Below, in pieces: positions 48,901-58,651 of a stretch of 64,000 nt of DNA. Within the stretch, counting starts at the first letter, position 1. Each line of letters starts with the position of its first letter. The notes under the pieces were generated by a model. That model had not been told where the DNA came from, did not search any database, and saw nothing but the letters and a program-made list of their open reading frames with translations. Made by a program: the position numbers and the translations under genes. Origin of the DNA: a virus; the IMG/VR virus record IMGVR_UViG_3300037042_003896, positions 35,684-99,683 of that record; one strand, written 5' to 3'.

Positions 48901-51495
48901 TTATTTTTTCTTACTTGCAGATTTTGCTCTACCCTTTGCGTTTTCTCTTGCAATAGCAAGATCATTTGCTTGATTTTCACGATCTACTTGTAATCGTTCT
49001 CTTTCTAATTGTAATTTCTGTAGAGCTTGAGAATTCTTTGATTGAATTTCTGACATTTTAAGTTGATAATCTTTCGAAGCTTTATTCAAATCATTGTCAA
49101 GTCTACTCATTTCAAGTACATCAGGGATAGCATTATTATTAGCATCTTCACCTTCCACCTTACCAAATCCTGTAGCCTGAATAATAGCAATTTCTTTTTT
49201 GCTAATTCTATCAAGTTCTTTCTGATAATTATCATTTGCAACTTGCTCCTGATGTTGTTGTGCTTGCTGTTGTAATTGTGCCTGTGCCTGTTGTTGCTGT
49301 TGTTCCAACTGCTGTTGTGCTTGTTGTTGTTGCTGTTCTTGTGCAGCTATCTGTCTGTCTCTCAAACCTTTAAAGGTTTTTTTCATTGCCCTTGTTGATT
49401 TGGTAGAATAAAGTTCAATGATATCATAGAGTGATCCACCATTCTGAATAACAGCTTGTGAGAGTTGACGTAACTCATTAAACATTTGTGTATCTTCAGG
49501 ACGATTTGTTAAGAATACTTTAAGATCACGGAATCTAATATCTGAACCATTCACTTGTACAAATGCAGATTCTCCTTCTGATGTAATATATGAAAGGGTT
49601 GATTGTGGCTTACTACTTTCTACATAAAGGGCAGCATCAATAACTGCCTGATATAATTGCCCTAATACATACTCGTGAGCAACGAATAGAGGCTCTGTCT
49701 GCGAATAACTTTGTTGCATGGCAGTATTGGTCCCTGTAGCAGATTCACTCGCTGAGATGGAGCCCATGCGCTGTTTAGACATACCTACAAGTTCCCAACA
49801 CTCATTCTTCATTTGTTGTGCTAATGTATAACGAGATTGGATTTCTTGTGTTCTGGTTAAATCTATATCTCTAAATTGATTAAACCCTGATGGACTTTTT
49901 AAATTCTCAGGACTATCATCAATAAATACTACTCCTCTATTACGTGCTTCTAATTCCCACATATCTAATGCATCTTGTGCATCTCCATCTTTTGGAACAG
50001 GAATATGTCTAATAGATGTTAAATACACCTTTCCTATTTCTTTTTCAAGAAGTTTGTAAAGTTGATTCATACATACATTATATATCACCTGAAAAGGTTT
50101 CATGAGATCAACAAGACTTCTGGCTTCTGTATTCTTCACTTCATACGTTGTTCCTATAATAGGACAATAGGTTAGAAGTTTAAATGGTTTAATATGATAG
50201 ATATCTGGACCAATTTTAATTCCTTGATACCATTGATTAATCCATCCCCATTCAAGACTTTGTTGTGTTGGTATAGTTCCTGATTTATAATTTTCATCAA
50301 CAAGAATTGATTGCTCATTTCCCATTTCATCTTCATAAATCAATTTACCTATTTTCTTTTTAGAAAGCCAATAGCCTCTTACCACTACATATTTATATCC
50401 AAAGGAAGAAACATTTGATGTTAATCCTAAGAAGTCTTTAAGTCCATCATTGTTCTCTTTCATTTCACTTTCAATCATCATTCTTGTTTGTAAAACAAGT
50501 GGATCAAAAGTATCATACACTACAGAATCTGTACCAGGAGTGACATCTGGATTTCCAAGATTGGATTCACGAACATTTATAAGTCCATAGTCTTGAAGAG
50601 AAGAACGTAAGTGATCTATTTCTTCCTTAGTAAGATCTGGAATACTTTCAATAATTTCTGAAAGTTCCATAACTTGCACCATACCAGCAGCATAGGCTCC
50701 CTGTGCTCTACCTGTTGGATCTGAAATCCATTTCCTATCAGGTGTTGTAAGAAACCAAGTGTTCTTAGGGTTAGCCACTTCTATGTTAAATCCAAGTTTT
50801 GAATTGTCCTCATAGATATGATAAAACTCTCTGGCTGAAATTAGAAGATCCCTAAAGGTGTCTTCACTCTTTTCTTTTAAATTAAATTCAGCTTTCTGAC
50901 AAGTTAAGACATGATTTCCCCATTTTTCTGCAACAGATGTATAAGAATTTAATTCATCCTTAACTTCCTCCATTGTTAGTTTCTGTAAATCTTCTTCTGA
51001 AATTTCAGCTCCTTCCATTGCTGCCTTTTCAAGAATCTTTTGTTTAGCTTCTTGAAGCACATACTCCTGAAGAATCTGTGTTTTAAATTCTAATTCTTCA
51101 GACTGACTATCATCATCAAATGCCTTCACCCTAAATGTATCAGGTCTTTTTGATATTTCCCCAATCAATTCATTTATAGGAGTAGTAATTATAGAATAAT
51201 GTTTTACATATGCAGGAAGTTCAATATCTGCTTGTAACATTTCTGTAAAGCTCTTAACCTCAGGCTCTTGGTAAAAATCTTCCATTCTAAGAATCCCCTT
51301 CATAAGATCGTAATTCTTAACGAAGGTGTCCCTGTTCTTTACATATTCGGCATAAGCCTTATTTGAAAAGTAATCCATAGTGTTTTTCACCCAACTCTCA
51401 TCTTGTTTTTCTTTGTCAGTCTTAAACTGATCAGGAAAAATATTGAGATAGGCATACCGTATGGTAGCGTCTTTTGTATATCTAATGATTGCCAT
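48901..51495 (-). CDS. Portal protein
   Basis: 864 aa after terminase; KHYSII, SLVDLMKPFQVIYN, Gln-rich C-terminal coil. Confidence 0.85.
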   Translation of the reverse strand: MAIIRYTKDATIRYAYLNIFPDQFKTDKEKQDESWVKNTMDYFSNKAYAEYVKNRDTFVKNYDLMKGILRMEDFYQEPEVKSFTEMLQADIELPAYVKHYSIITTPINELIGEISKRPDTFRVKAFDDDSQSEELEFKTQILQEYVLQEAKQKILEKAAMEGAEISEEDLQKLTMEEVKDELNSYTSVAEKWGNHVLTCQKAEFNLKEKSEDTFRDLLISAREFYHIYEDNSKLGFNIEVANPKNTWFLTTPDRKWISDPTGRAQGAYAAGMVQVMELSEIIESIPDLTKEEIDHLRSSLQDYGLINVRESNLGNPDVTPGTDSVVYDTFDPLVLQTRMMIESEMKENNDGLKDFLGLTSNVSSFGYKYVVVRGYWLSKKKIGKLIYEDEMGNEQSILVDENYKSGTIPTQQSLEWGWINQWYQGIKIGPDIYHIKPFKLLTYCPIIGTTYEVKNTEARSLVDLMKPFQVIYNVCMNQLYKLLEKEIGKVYLTSIRHIPVPKDGDAQDALDMWELEARNRGVVFIDDSPENLKSPSGFNQFRDIDLTRTQEIQSRYTLAQQMKNECWELVGMSKQRMGSISASESATGTNTAMQQSYSQTEPLFVAHEYVLGQLYQAVIDAALYVESSKPQSTLSYITSEGESAFVQVNGSDIRFRDLKVFLTNRPEDTQMFNELRQLSQAVIQNGGSLYDIIELYSTKSTRAMKKTFKGLRDRQIAAQEQQQQQAQQQLEQQQQQAQAQLQQQAQQHQEQVANDNYQKELDRISKKEIAIIQATGFGKVEGEDANNNAIPDVLEMSRLDNDLNKASKDYQLKMSEIQSKNSQALQKLQLERERLQVDRENQANDLAIARENAKGRAKSASKKK

Positions 51496-53516
51496 TATGT
51501 AAATAATTTTTGTTTTTTTCTATTAAATAATCCTCGTGATTCTGTGAACAATGGGTTCTTAGCTCGGTTTGCTGATAGAGATTTTATTCGTCCATCACCA
51601 CTCCCCCCTACTCTACCCATAATAGGATCCATCTTAATTGCTTGAGCTATAGCTAGTTCTGCTGCAACAATACGGTCAAAGTTTCCCTGATCATTATACT
51701 GAATGGTTTCTTCTAATAATACAGGATCAAGAATTCTACTCACTCCTATTACCTCTCTTATAACCTTACCATTCTCATCAGTTTCCTTATATACAGTTTC
51801 TTCCTGATATTTTTTATAACAATTGTGCAAATAATCAATAATCTTTTGTGCACTTCTATGTAATCCAAACTCACGTTTAACTGTAGTGTTAGGAACAATC
51901 TCTAATAACCATTCAGGTTGTTTTTCAAGATAGTGAGAATCTCCCTTAGCCTTCATATATTCTATAAAGGAAATATCATCATTCTCACATAGAGTTCTTG
52001 CATTATAATATTTAATAAGGAGTCTTGCCTGTTCTTCCCAAACTTCTTTTTTATCAGGACGTGCACAATAAGATGCTACAAACATATCCTGATACTTTTC
52101 TCCCATTATATCATGCATACGTTTATATATGTATACAGATCCTAAGGACGAACTATATGCAGCCTTTCCTTGTCTATAAGGGTCAACTCCTGCTGTATAT
52201 AATCCATAAGGAGGACTCTCAACAGGAAACTCATAAATCACAATTGGAGCATCCTTATTATCACTATTCTTAAGTGGGAAGTTTGTAATTGGTAACTTGT
52301 CTGTAAACTCATGTGAAACTGCTCCTTCATTTTGAAACAAGATTACAGGAATTCCTGTACGTTCTTGTTGTAACAATTTGGACTTCTGACGTTTAGCAGC
52401 CTCAATATCAAAAATGTTTGTGTCTTCATTTAAAAATATATCATCCACTTCTTTTGGATAGTACATTTTCTCTTTTAAATAAGCTATACGATCTCCAGCT
52501 TTCTTTAATCTTTCCAGATTTGTGTCTGTAATCTGTGTAGCTTTCTCTTCATTAGATACCAACATAGGTACATCATACAAAGGACTGCCTGTATCTGATT
52601 CCAAAAATGTTCCAAGCGTAGAAGGCTCTTTAGCCTCCATCCTATATTTATTCGATAGAAATAATCCATGTACCCTATTTTCATCCTTGCTGTTATTATA
52701 AGTAAGAAAATTAAAATTGTCAACATCGAACATAAGACTCTTAGCATCCATAAATCTCTTCATGTCACCACCTGTTCCTGTAAGGATTGGAGAACATCCC
52801 CATCCATAAGGTGTGGTGAAACCAGGAACAGCAGCTTGGAAACCTCTCAAGAAGTTTCCTTTTCCTATTTCATCTATTATAAGTTTTCTGGGTTTTGTAC
52901 CAGCAATAGCTTCTTCATTATTACCTTCATCAAGATTTCGAATAAGTATCTGTGAAAAAGGAATACGTTCACCTGCTCTTGTTTTAATACCAAGTGTAAC
53001 CTGATTCTTCCAATTATCTTCAACTCTTTGCCATCTCCAGGCTTCAGGAATAAAGTTTAATCCTTTATCAAGTTTGTCTGTAATTAGCTTTATATCAGGA
53101 GCATTCAAACCAGCTATAATATTCTGGGAGTTCTCATCAAACGTGGCTCCCCATCCTATATATGAAGCCTCAATAACGCTCTTTGCAAAACGTCTAATGC
53201 CAAGAATAACTAATCCTTTCCTTTCTTGATGTGCCCTATCTATCTCGTTTGTGACAATCCATTCATTATCTCTTAATAACGGATTTGCATATTTCTGTGC
53301 TATTCTTCCTCGCTCATCTATAATATCAACCTCTGTATGCCAAATATTTAAATGCCAATATAAGAAGGGATTTATATACACCCCATTCATCATAAACCCA
53401 TTTATACATAATTCTTTATGAAATTCAAAGAACGCTTTATGTTCATCTGACTCTCTATCTGGAATTCGTTTTTGATTTATGAACCAATCTTTATAATCTA
53501 TAGTCTCTAATATCAT
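51495..53516 (-). CDS. terL: Terminase large subunit
   Basis: Walker A-like GIRRFAKS, Walker B LIIDEIG, TGTGG, nuclease GVDPY and NFDRI. Confidence 0.9.
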   Translation of the reverse strand: MILETIDYKDWFINQKRIPDRESDEHKAFFEFHKELCINGFMMNGVYINPFLYWHLNIWHTEVDIIDERGRIAQKYANPLLRDNEWIVTNEIDRAHQERKGLVILGIRRFAKSVIEASYIGWGATFDENSQNIIAGLNAPDIKLITDKLDKGLNFIPEAWRWQRVEDNWKNQVTLGIKTRAGERIPFSQILIRNLDEGNNEEAIAGTKPRKLIIDEIGKGNFLRGFQAAVPGFTTPYGWGCSPILTGTGGDMKRFMDAKSLMFDVDNFNFLTYNNSKDENRVHGLFLSNKYRMEAKEPSTLGTFLESDTGSPLYDVPMLVSNEEKATQITDTNLERLKKAGDRIAYLKEKMYYPKEVDDIFLNEDTNIFDIEAAKRQKSKLLQQERTGIPVILFQNEGAVSHEFTDKLPITNFPLKNSDNKDAPIVIYEFPVESPPYGLYTAGVDPYRQGKAAYSSSLGSVYIYKRMHDIMGEKYQDMFVASYCARPDKKEVWEEQARLLIKYYNARTLCENDDISFIEYMKAKGDSHYLEKQPEWLLEIVPNTTVKREFGLHRSAQKIIDYLHNCYKKYQEETVYKETDENGKVIREVIGVSRILDPVLLEETIQYNDQGNFDRIVAAELAIAQAIKMDPIMGRVGGSGDGRIKSLSANRAKNPLFTESRGLFNRKKQKLFT

Positions 53517-53848
53517 TTTCTACTCTTTAAGAAGTCTTCAGCCATAGAACCTAGTCCTACACCACCTCTCACTTCTATCTTTGCTTCTTCCTTCTTACGT
53601 AGATTATCTACCACCTCAAGAAGGGCAAGATAGTTTTTCATTGTTTCCTGTATAAACTTTCCCTGACTCTCAATTGAGGCAATCACCATAGGAAGCAATC
53701 CTCCTTTAGCTGTTGGCTTCCATTCAATTCTATCCTTTAATGTGTGTAATGGATTTGCATCCACATACATTTTCCAAGAGGAGAGTTGTTCTTCAGCCCA
53801 ATCAAGTTCCGTATTAATATATGTAGTTTTATTCGTAGTCTTCGCCAT
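53513..53848 (-). CDS. Hypothetical protein, possible small terminase
   Basis: 111 aa directly upstream of terL. Confidence 0.35.
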   Translation of the reverse strand: MAKTTNKTTYINTELDWAEEQLSSWKMYVDANPLHTLKDRIEWKPTAKGGLLPMVIASIESQGKFIQETMKNYLALLEVVDNLRKKEEAKIEVRGGVGLGSMAEDFLKSRK

Positions 53849-54107
53849 ATAGGTCTTCCTTTAATAATGCATTAAGATTCATTCCATCCTTTATAATAAG
53901 TTCTATGTTGTCTTCATGAGGAATATCAAACTCTAATTCAGCACTATATTTGGTTAGGGCAAACAACATCTCTTTGTCTGATAAAGACCAAAGATCATAC
54001 CCATCCAATGCTGTAGATAAATGTTTTCCCATATTATAACTGGGATATTTAGCATGTAATGCCTCTATCACCTTTATCACCTTATTATAAGGTTGTGTCT
54101 TTTTCAT
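53829..54107 (-). CDS. Hypothetical protein
   Basis: ORF in tightly packed operon. Confidence 0.6.
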   Translation of the reverse strand: MKKTQPYNKVIKVIEALHAKYPSYNMGKHLSTALDGYDLWSLSDKEMLFALTKYSAELEFDIPHEDNIELIIKDGMNLNALLKEDLYGEDYE

Positions 54108-54110
54108 AAT

Positions 54111-54299
54111 TTACAGCATAATTCCTGCACCCTTTGCAGAGAGTTTTGCTACAGCATCCTTTATAATAGAATGTAGAAGCGTTTGAATCTGTGAATTAGC
54201 TATTTTTTGTGTAGTTTCGTCAATTCCTGGTGTGGCACATAATGCTGCCAACCTCTCTATTAACATCATTGCGTCTTGTGTAGTTTGGTTATTTGTCAT
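54111..54299 (-). CDS. Hypothetical protein
   Basis: ORF in tightly packed operon. Confidence 0.55.
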   Translation of the reverse strand: MTNNQTTQDAMMLIERLAALCATPGIDETTQKIANSQIQTLLHSIIKDAVAKLSAKGAGIML

Positions 54300-54541
54300 A
54301 TTAGTTGGTTTATGTCGTCATCTGATAAAATATTTTCTTCGCCTTCAGGAATAAATCCTACCACTTCTGGGTCCATATATTCCACTCTAACAATAAGGTT
54401 CATTACATCCTGATCTTGATTGGCAATTCCTACAATATCAACGTAATTAGCCCCCTCCTGATAGAGTTCTTCGAGCGTTTTTATAAATGGTTCCAAAGGA
54501 ATCTTCTGTAATACCACTTGGTTATTCTTCTTTTTCATCAT
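54296..54541 (-). CDS. Hypothetical protein
   Basis: ORF in tightly packed operon. Confidence 0.55.
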   Translation of the reverse strand: MMKKKNNQVVLQKIPLEPFIKTLEELYQEGANYVDIVGIANQDQDVMNLIVRVEYMDPEVVGFIPEGEENILSDDDINQLI

Positions 54542-54821
54542 CGTCTTGTGTTATTTCGTGTTCCTGTTTCTTCGTTAATACTGCCTTCCAATAATCCATA
54601 GGACATTTGCAAGAAAGACATTTGGTTTTAGCACTCAATGTACATCCACATCGTGTACAATAATCATCTGGACGCATAGAGGATTTTAAATGTTTGGAAT
54701 GATGTTCACACGCATTGCACATTTCCATTCTCTCATTCCCTACAACACCTATTAATTCCTTTATATCAGAAGGAGGAATTAATTTGTTTCTCCACCCTTC
54801 ATATAATTCATTAATCTTCAT
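54522..54821 (-). CDS. Cys-rich zinc-binding protein
   Basis: CNAC..CTRCGC..K..CKCP..W. Confidence 0.65.
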   Translation of the reverse strand: MKINELYEGWRNKLIPPSDIKELIGVVGNERMEMCNACEHHSKHLKSSMRPDDYCTRCGCTLSAKTKCLSCKCPMDYWKAVLTKKQEHEITQDDDEKEE

Positions 54822-55161
54822 GGAGTTTTGATTTTAATAATTCTATATTCTTTGTTGTTGAAATTAGTTTTAATTCTGCAGCCTTTTTCTTCTGGCTTGA
54901 ACTGTCAAGATTTGAAATAACATCCTCACAATTCTTCTTCTGTAAAAGCAGACTCTTCACCTTATATCCTGCCTTCTTCTTATTAAACCAAAACTTCCCA
55001 AATCCAGAAAACTCAAGACTATCGTTTGTGTCCAAAGCACTACGTGCCACGTTAAACTGATGATTAACCACTTCCTCAATTATCCTTTCAGAAATCATCA
55101 TCTTCACAGAGAGCTTACGAATAAGCCATTCCTTAATTGATAGACTTACTGGCTTCTCCAT
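54811..55161 (-). CDS. HU/IHF-like DNA-binding protein
   Basis: SLEFSGFGKF signature. Confidence 0.6.
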   Translation of the reverse strand: MEKPVSLSIKEWLIRKLSVKMMISERIIEEVVNHQFNVARSALDTNDSLEFSGFGKFWFNKKKAGYKVKSLLLQKKNCEDVISNLDSSSQKKKAAELKLISTTKNIELLKSKLHED

Positions 55162-55504
55162 GCGTCAATTTTATTTCTAAAACAACATCCTTTTCAAAAT
55201 CCAGCACTATCACAGGATTAACCCTCACTTTATTCCCCTCCTTAATAAACACACCAAGACGTTTAAGCTTGGAAATAATATTATTTATTGTAGGAGAACT
55301 TGTAGAATACTTCTTACAGAAATCTTCCCTAATATTAGCATAAGAAATATTTCCCCTTATAGCAGCAAACGCCACCAATTGTATTTCTCTCTCCGTGAGA
55401 TGTAATTTATTAAGCACAGAAAGCACACTATAATAATCCTGTGCAAGGGCAAACTTATCTTCTGCCTCCTTCTTTAGCTTCTGTAATATAATCTTGTTGG
55501 TCAT
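55133..55504 (-). CDS. Winged-HTH DNA-binding protein
   Basis: Likely start 55504; LTEREIQLV, SSPTINNIISKLKRLGV, VRVNP. Confidence 0.6.
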   Translation of the reverse strand: MTNKIILQKLKKEAEDKFALAQDYYSVLSVLNKLHLTEREIQLVAFAAIRGNISYANIREDFCKKYSTSSPTINNIISKLKRLGVFIKEGNKVRVNPVIVLDFEKDVVLEIKLTHGEASKSIN

Positions 55505-55521
55505 AATGTAATTAATAAGCA

Positions 55522-55552
55522 CAAAGATACATAAAATTTATTTTATAACTAA
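55522..55552 (-). promoter_or_regulatory. Bacteroidota-type promoter at the head of the virion operon (-7 TATCTTTG)
   Basis: TATCTTTG at 55529-55522; TTAG 19 nt upstream. Confidence 0.6.
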
Positions 55553-55822
55553 TATTATTATTTATTGTGAATGCTATATTATGCCCTAAATTTTTATATC
55601 CTATATAAAGGACATAAGAATCTTTATCAACAAGGAAGACAATTTATCCTTCATATGCAATAAAAAATTTTAAATGTGAGGACGTTTTTATTCCCTCCCC
55701 CCTTTGAAATTTTAAATTTGAAGCCCCCCTTGTATTTGTGAGAGGAGGTTACTACCAATTTCAACCCCACGCAAAATAAAAATAATTGGGGTTACTCCCG
55801 TCACTAAAAACAACACAACATT

Positions 55823-56224
55823 ATGTTAGCATTTCAAAACTATGTTCGTAGCGAAGGTACGCTACAAGAAATTGGAACAGTAATCAGCCAAATTACAGGC
55901 GGTAAATTACAATTCTGTCCAGGAACCATTGACCGTTATAACAGCGGTACAATTAAGGCAATGTCGATTTTACTATTCAACAAAGCAGGCGAGAGCGTTA
56001 GTGTGCCAATGTCCAAAGCATTAAGCACGCAAGTTGCGAAAGCTCTGCAGGGCGGTATGATGAAGAGCAAGATATTGGCAGCTATTTCAAAGCTGCCAAT
56101 GTACGAAGATGAAGATCTTACCGTAATTGGACGTCCACAGGGTAGCGCAGAAGAAGAGTTGGTTTTGGCTGTTGCTGAAGCCAAGAAACTAACTGTCACT
56201 TATGATGAATTGATAGCATTCTAA
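55823..56224 (+). CDS. Hypothetical early protein (first gene after the strand switch)
   Basis: 133 aa; higher GC than flanks; followed by a terminator. Confidence 0.7.
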   Translation: MLAFQNYVRSEGTLQEIGTVISQITGGKLQFCPGTIDRYNSGTIKAMSILLFNKAGESVSVPMSKALSTQVAKALQGGMMKSKILAAISKLPMYEDEDLTVIGRPQGSAEEELVLAVAEAKKLTVTYDELIAF

Positions 56225-56252
56225 AGAAAAGGGACTTTGTCCCTTTTTCTTT
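56223..56252 (+). terminator. Intrinsic terminator
   Basis: AAAAGGGAC-TTT-GTCCCTTTTT. Confidence 0.7.
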
Positions 56253-56646
56253 CATATATAGGGTGGGATGAAAGAATGTAATGGGTGGGCTAATAAAAAA
56301 CACATTACATTCTTTTATTCTACTCCTTATATATATATATACATATTTTTTTAGTGTTTGATATTAAAATGATATCATAATGATGTCATAATAGGTAGGG
56401 GAATAACCCTCTCCACAATAACAACGCTCTTTGAAACAGAGCGTGTTTGAAAAAAGTTGGAAAGATATAGCATTACAATAAGAAAAGAATTTATTCTTTC
56501 TCTCTCTTGTATAATATATTTATATATTCTTTCCTTAATATAATAATGAAATTTACCGCTTGAAACTCTGAATGTTCCTTGAACAGAGTATAAACAGTTC
56601 TAAATACAAGAGGTGCATGGTAGCTCAAACCTAAAATAATAAGATC

Positions 56647-56886
56647 ATGAAAACAACAACAACCCATAAACTCACACCTTCAATGGCGCAGGAATTTGCT
56701 AATGCTTTTGTAACAGAAGAATATATTGATGGTTGGAAAAGTTCATCATTTATGTATTCTCCATTGGACGATATTAATTATTCTAAAACAATTTCACATG
56801 AAATGTTTGATGAATATAAATTTACCGATGGTAGCTCAATAATGATTGTTCCCGCACAAGTAGGGAGTAGTTGTTATGTTATGTAA
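56647..56886 (+). CDS. Hypothetical early protein
   Basis: 79 aa; A-rich leader. Confidence 0.65.
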   Translation: MKTTTTHKLTPSMAQEFANAFVTEEYIDGWKSSSFMYSPLDDINYSKTISHEMFDEYKFTDGSSIMIVPAQVGSSCYVM

Positions 56887-56956
56887 ACTTCTTGAGTTTC
56901 CCCAATATCCTTAATAGGTGAGGGGAGACTATTTAACAAACTAACTTATAGAAATC

Positions 56957-57148
56957 ATATTAAAAATATATACATTTTGGTCAAGGCATTATAATGAAGT
57001 AATTATAATAGTTGCTAATAGTTATGATGAAGCAGCAGTTAAATTACATGAAATATATATGCCAGGTTGTGATACAGATGATTGGATTATTGGAGGCTCT
57101 ATAAATTGTATAGAAGATCAATCTATGTCTGTTAATATACCTAAATAA
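56957..57148 (+). CDS. 63-codon ORF with no ATG (ATA start or decayed gene)
   Basis: ILKIYTFWSRHYNEVIIIVANSYDEAAVKL...; in-frame stop at 56942-56944 upstream. Confidence 0.4.
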   Translation: MLKIYTFWSRHYNEVIIIVANSYDEAAVKLHEIYMPGCDTDDWIIGGSINCIEDQSMSVNIPK

Positions 57149-57437
57149 TATTTAAATGTTGCTTTGATTGATTTTACCCTTTGCTCTTTTAGGGTGTACT
57201 TGTACAAATAATAGGGAGAGCTCTTGTAATTGGATTTATGACAGAATAGGTCCTAACCATTAAGTTTATGGAGAGTCAGAGAAGACTGAATTCAATAAAA
57301 CTCAGTTATATTTAGTAATGATTCAATGTAGAAATATATTGAATCATTACTTTATTCTTGATTTGGAATAGTGCTATATTATATAGCATTTGTTGTTCGA
57401 TTCAACACATAGAAACAAACCCAATAAAACAAATATT

Positions 57438-57722
57438 ATGAATAACGTATATGAAGTTGTATCCACTAATTTAGACTGCAATGATGGCAGTTTTACCAAT
57501 GTATTATTTGCATTGAAAACAGATGCCTTTGAATATTGCAGAAAAAGTCTTTTACGGATAAACCCAACTAATGTTATTGAGGACATTAATGGTGAGTTAA
57601 AAGAATATGACGGTAAGGATTTATATTACAGTCCTTCAGAAGGATTATCTGCTATATATTACCGTTCACATTACGGTAATTATCGTTGTGTCTATTATGT
57701 ACAAGAACGTTGTATTAATTAA
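57438..57722 (+). CDS. Hypothetical early protein
   Basis: Likely start MNNVYEV. Confidence 0.6.
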   Translation: MNNVYEVVSTNLDCNDGSFTNVLFALKTDAFEYCRKSLLRINPTNVIEDINGELKEYDGKDLYYSPSEGLSAIYYRSHYGNYRCVYYVQERCIN

Positions 57723-57723
57723 T

Positions 57724-57951
57724 ATGACAAATATTCTTGAAGTTTTGGTAAAATCATCATATGCTTCTTATACTGAGGCATATGATGATCTTTTCAATCA
57801 AGATTGTATACATCTTGGTTGGTTGAATTCTGGCATACAAATTCCTGATTACTTTATCTTTCAAAAAGCATACAGTAATAGGAGTGGTAGTTCGTGTTTA
57901 TATGTAGATCCTATTTATAGAGTGATGTATTCTGTAGATATGGGAGATTAA
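57724..57951 (+). CDS. Hypothetical early protein
   Basis: Likely start MTNILEV; ends YSVDMGD. Confidence 0.6.
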   Translation: MTNILEVLVKSSYASYTEAYDDLFNQDCIHLGWLNSGIQIPDYFIFQKAYSNRSGSSCLYVDPIYRVMYSVDMGD

Positions 57952-58021
57952 TAAAATATATACAGCCAAATGTCTAAATAATAAGGACATTTGGCTGATT
58001 TAAACTTAAACCCAAAAACAA

Positions 58022-58210
58022 ATGAAAACAGTAATAGCAAATAGTAATACAGGTTCCACGCAAGTGTTGAGCCTAAAGGATTATAGATGTGAAAGTTCAC
58101 GTCTTCCTAAGAAAGAACAATCTCAAGACTTTGATACAAGGTATTGGGAAAGAAAAAGTCACAACGAAAAGAAAATGCTAAAAGCCTATAATAGGCTAAT
58201 AGCATTATAA
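58022..58210 (+). CDS. Hypothetical early protein
   Basis: 62 aa; conserved leader. Confidence 0.6.
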   Translation: MKTVIANSNTGSTQVLSLKDYRCESSRLPKKEQSQDFDTRYWERKSHNEKKMLKAYNRLIAL

Positions 58211-58285
58211 GAAATTTTGGGTTCACCCAATATACACAGACTATGTGTTGAGGGTGAATCTTTTTTAAACTTAAATCAAAAACAA

Positions 58286-58483
58286 ATGAAAACATTAATA
58301 GCAATTCTCTCATTTATATTTATATTTATGGGACTATTTTTCTTATTAAGTCTAATTGGTATAATATGGACAAATTCTTATCGAACTGTACTTGCAGAGC
58401 AAGGTTGGTTCATATTTTACACTATATTTATAGGTTGGTGGTCAGCAGGACTATGTTCACACGAAATATACGAAAAGTTATGA
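58286..58483 (+). CDS. Two-TM membrane protein
   Basis: Likely start MKTLIAILSF; two hydrophobic segments. Confidence 0.6.
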   Translation: MKTLIAILSFIFIFMGLFFLLSLIGIIWTNSYRTVLAEQGWFIFYTIFIGWWSAGLCSHEIYEKL

Positions 58484-58644
58484 TAGAAGAAGAAATCAAT
58501 CATATACATTTCTGTTTAATGGAAGCAGAAAAACATGGATTAATGGCAGAGGTAGTAGCCTCTGCTTTGTTTGCAATAAAAGACGATCCTAAAATTTCCA
58601 TAATTCATGCCATTGATATTGGTATAGATGAATGGATTAAATAA
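58480..58644 (+). CDS. Hypothetical protein
   Basis: Likely start MIEEEINH (ATGA overlap). Confidence 0.55.
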   Translation: MIEEEINHIHFCLMEAEKHGLMAEVVASALFAIKDDPKISIIHAIDIGIDEWIK

Positions 58645-58651
58645 TTATAAG

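Noticed and set aside
49250-49350. Poly-Gln tract in the portal
   Set aside because: Ordinary low-complexity coiled-coil tail
53170-53210. Non-canonical terminase Walker A (GIRRFAKS) as a sign of inactivation
   Set aside because: Terminase Walker A motifs are commonly deviant, and the other motifs are intact
1653-55343. Many plus-strand ORFs of 60-180 aa in the ORF track
   Set aside because: Antisense shadows of long minus-strand genes, for example poly-Val opposite poly-Thr
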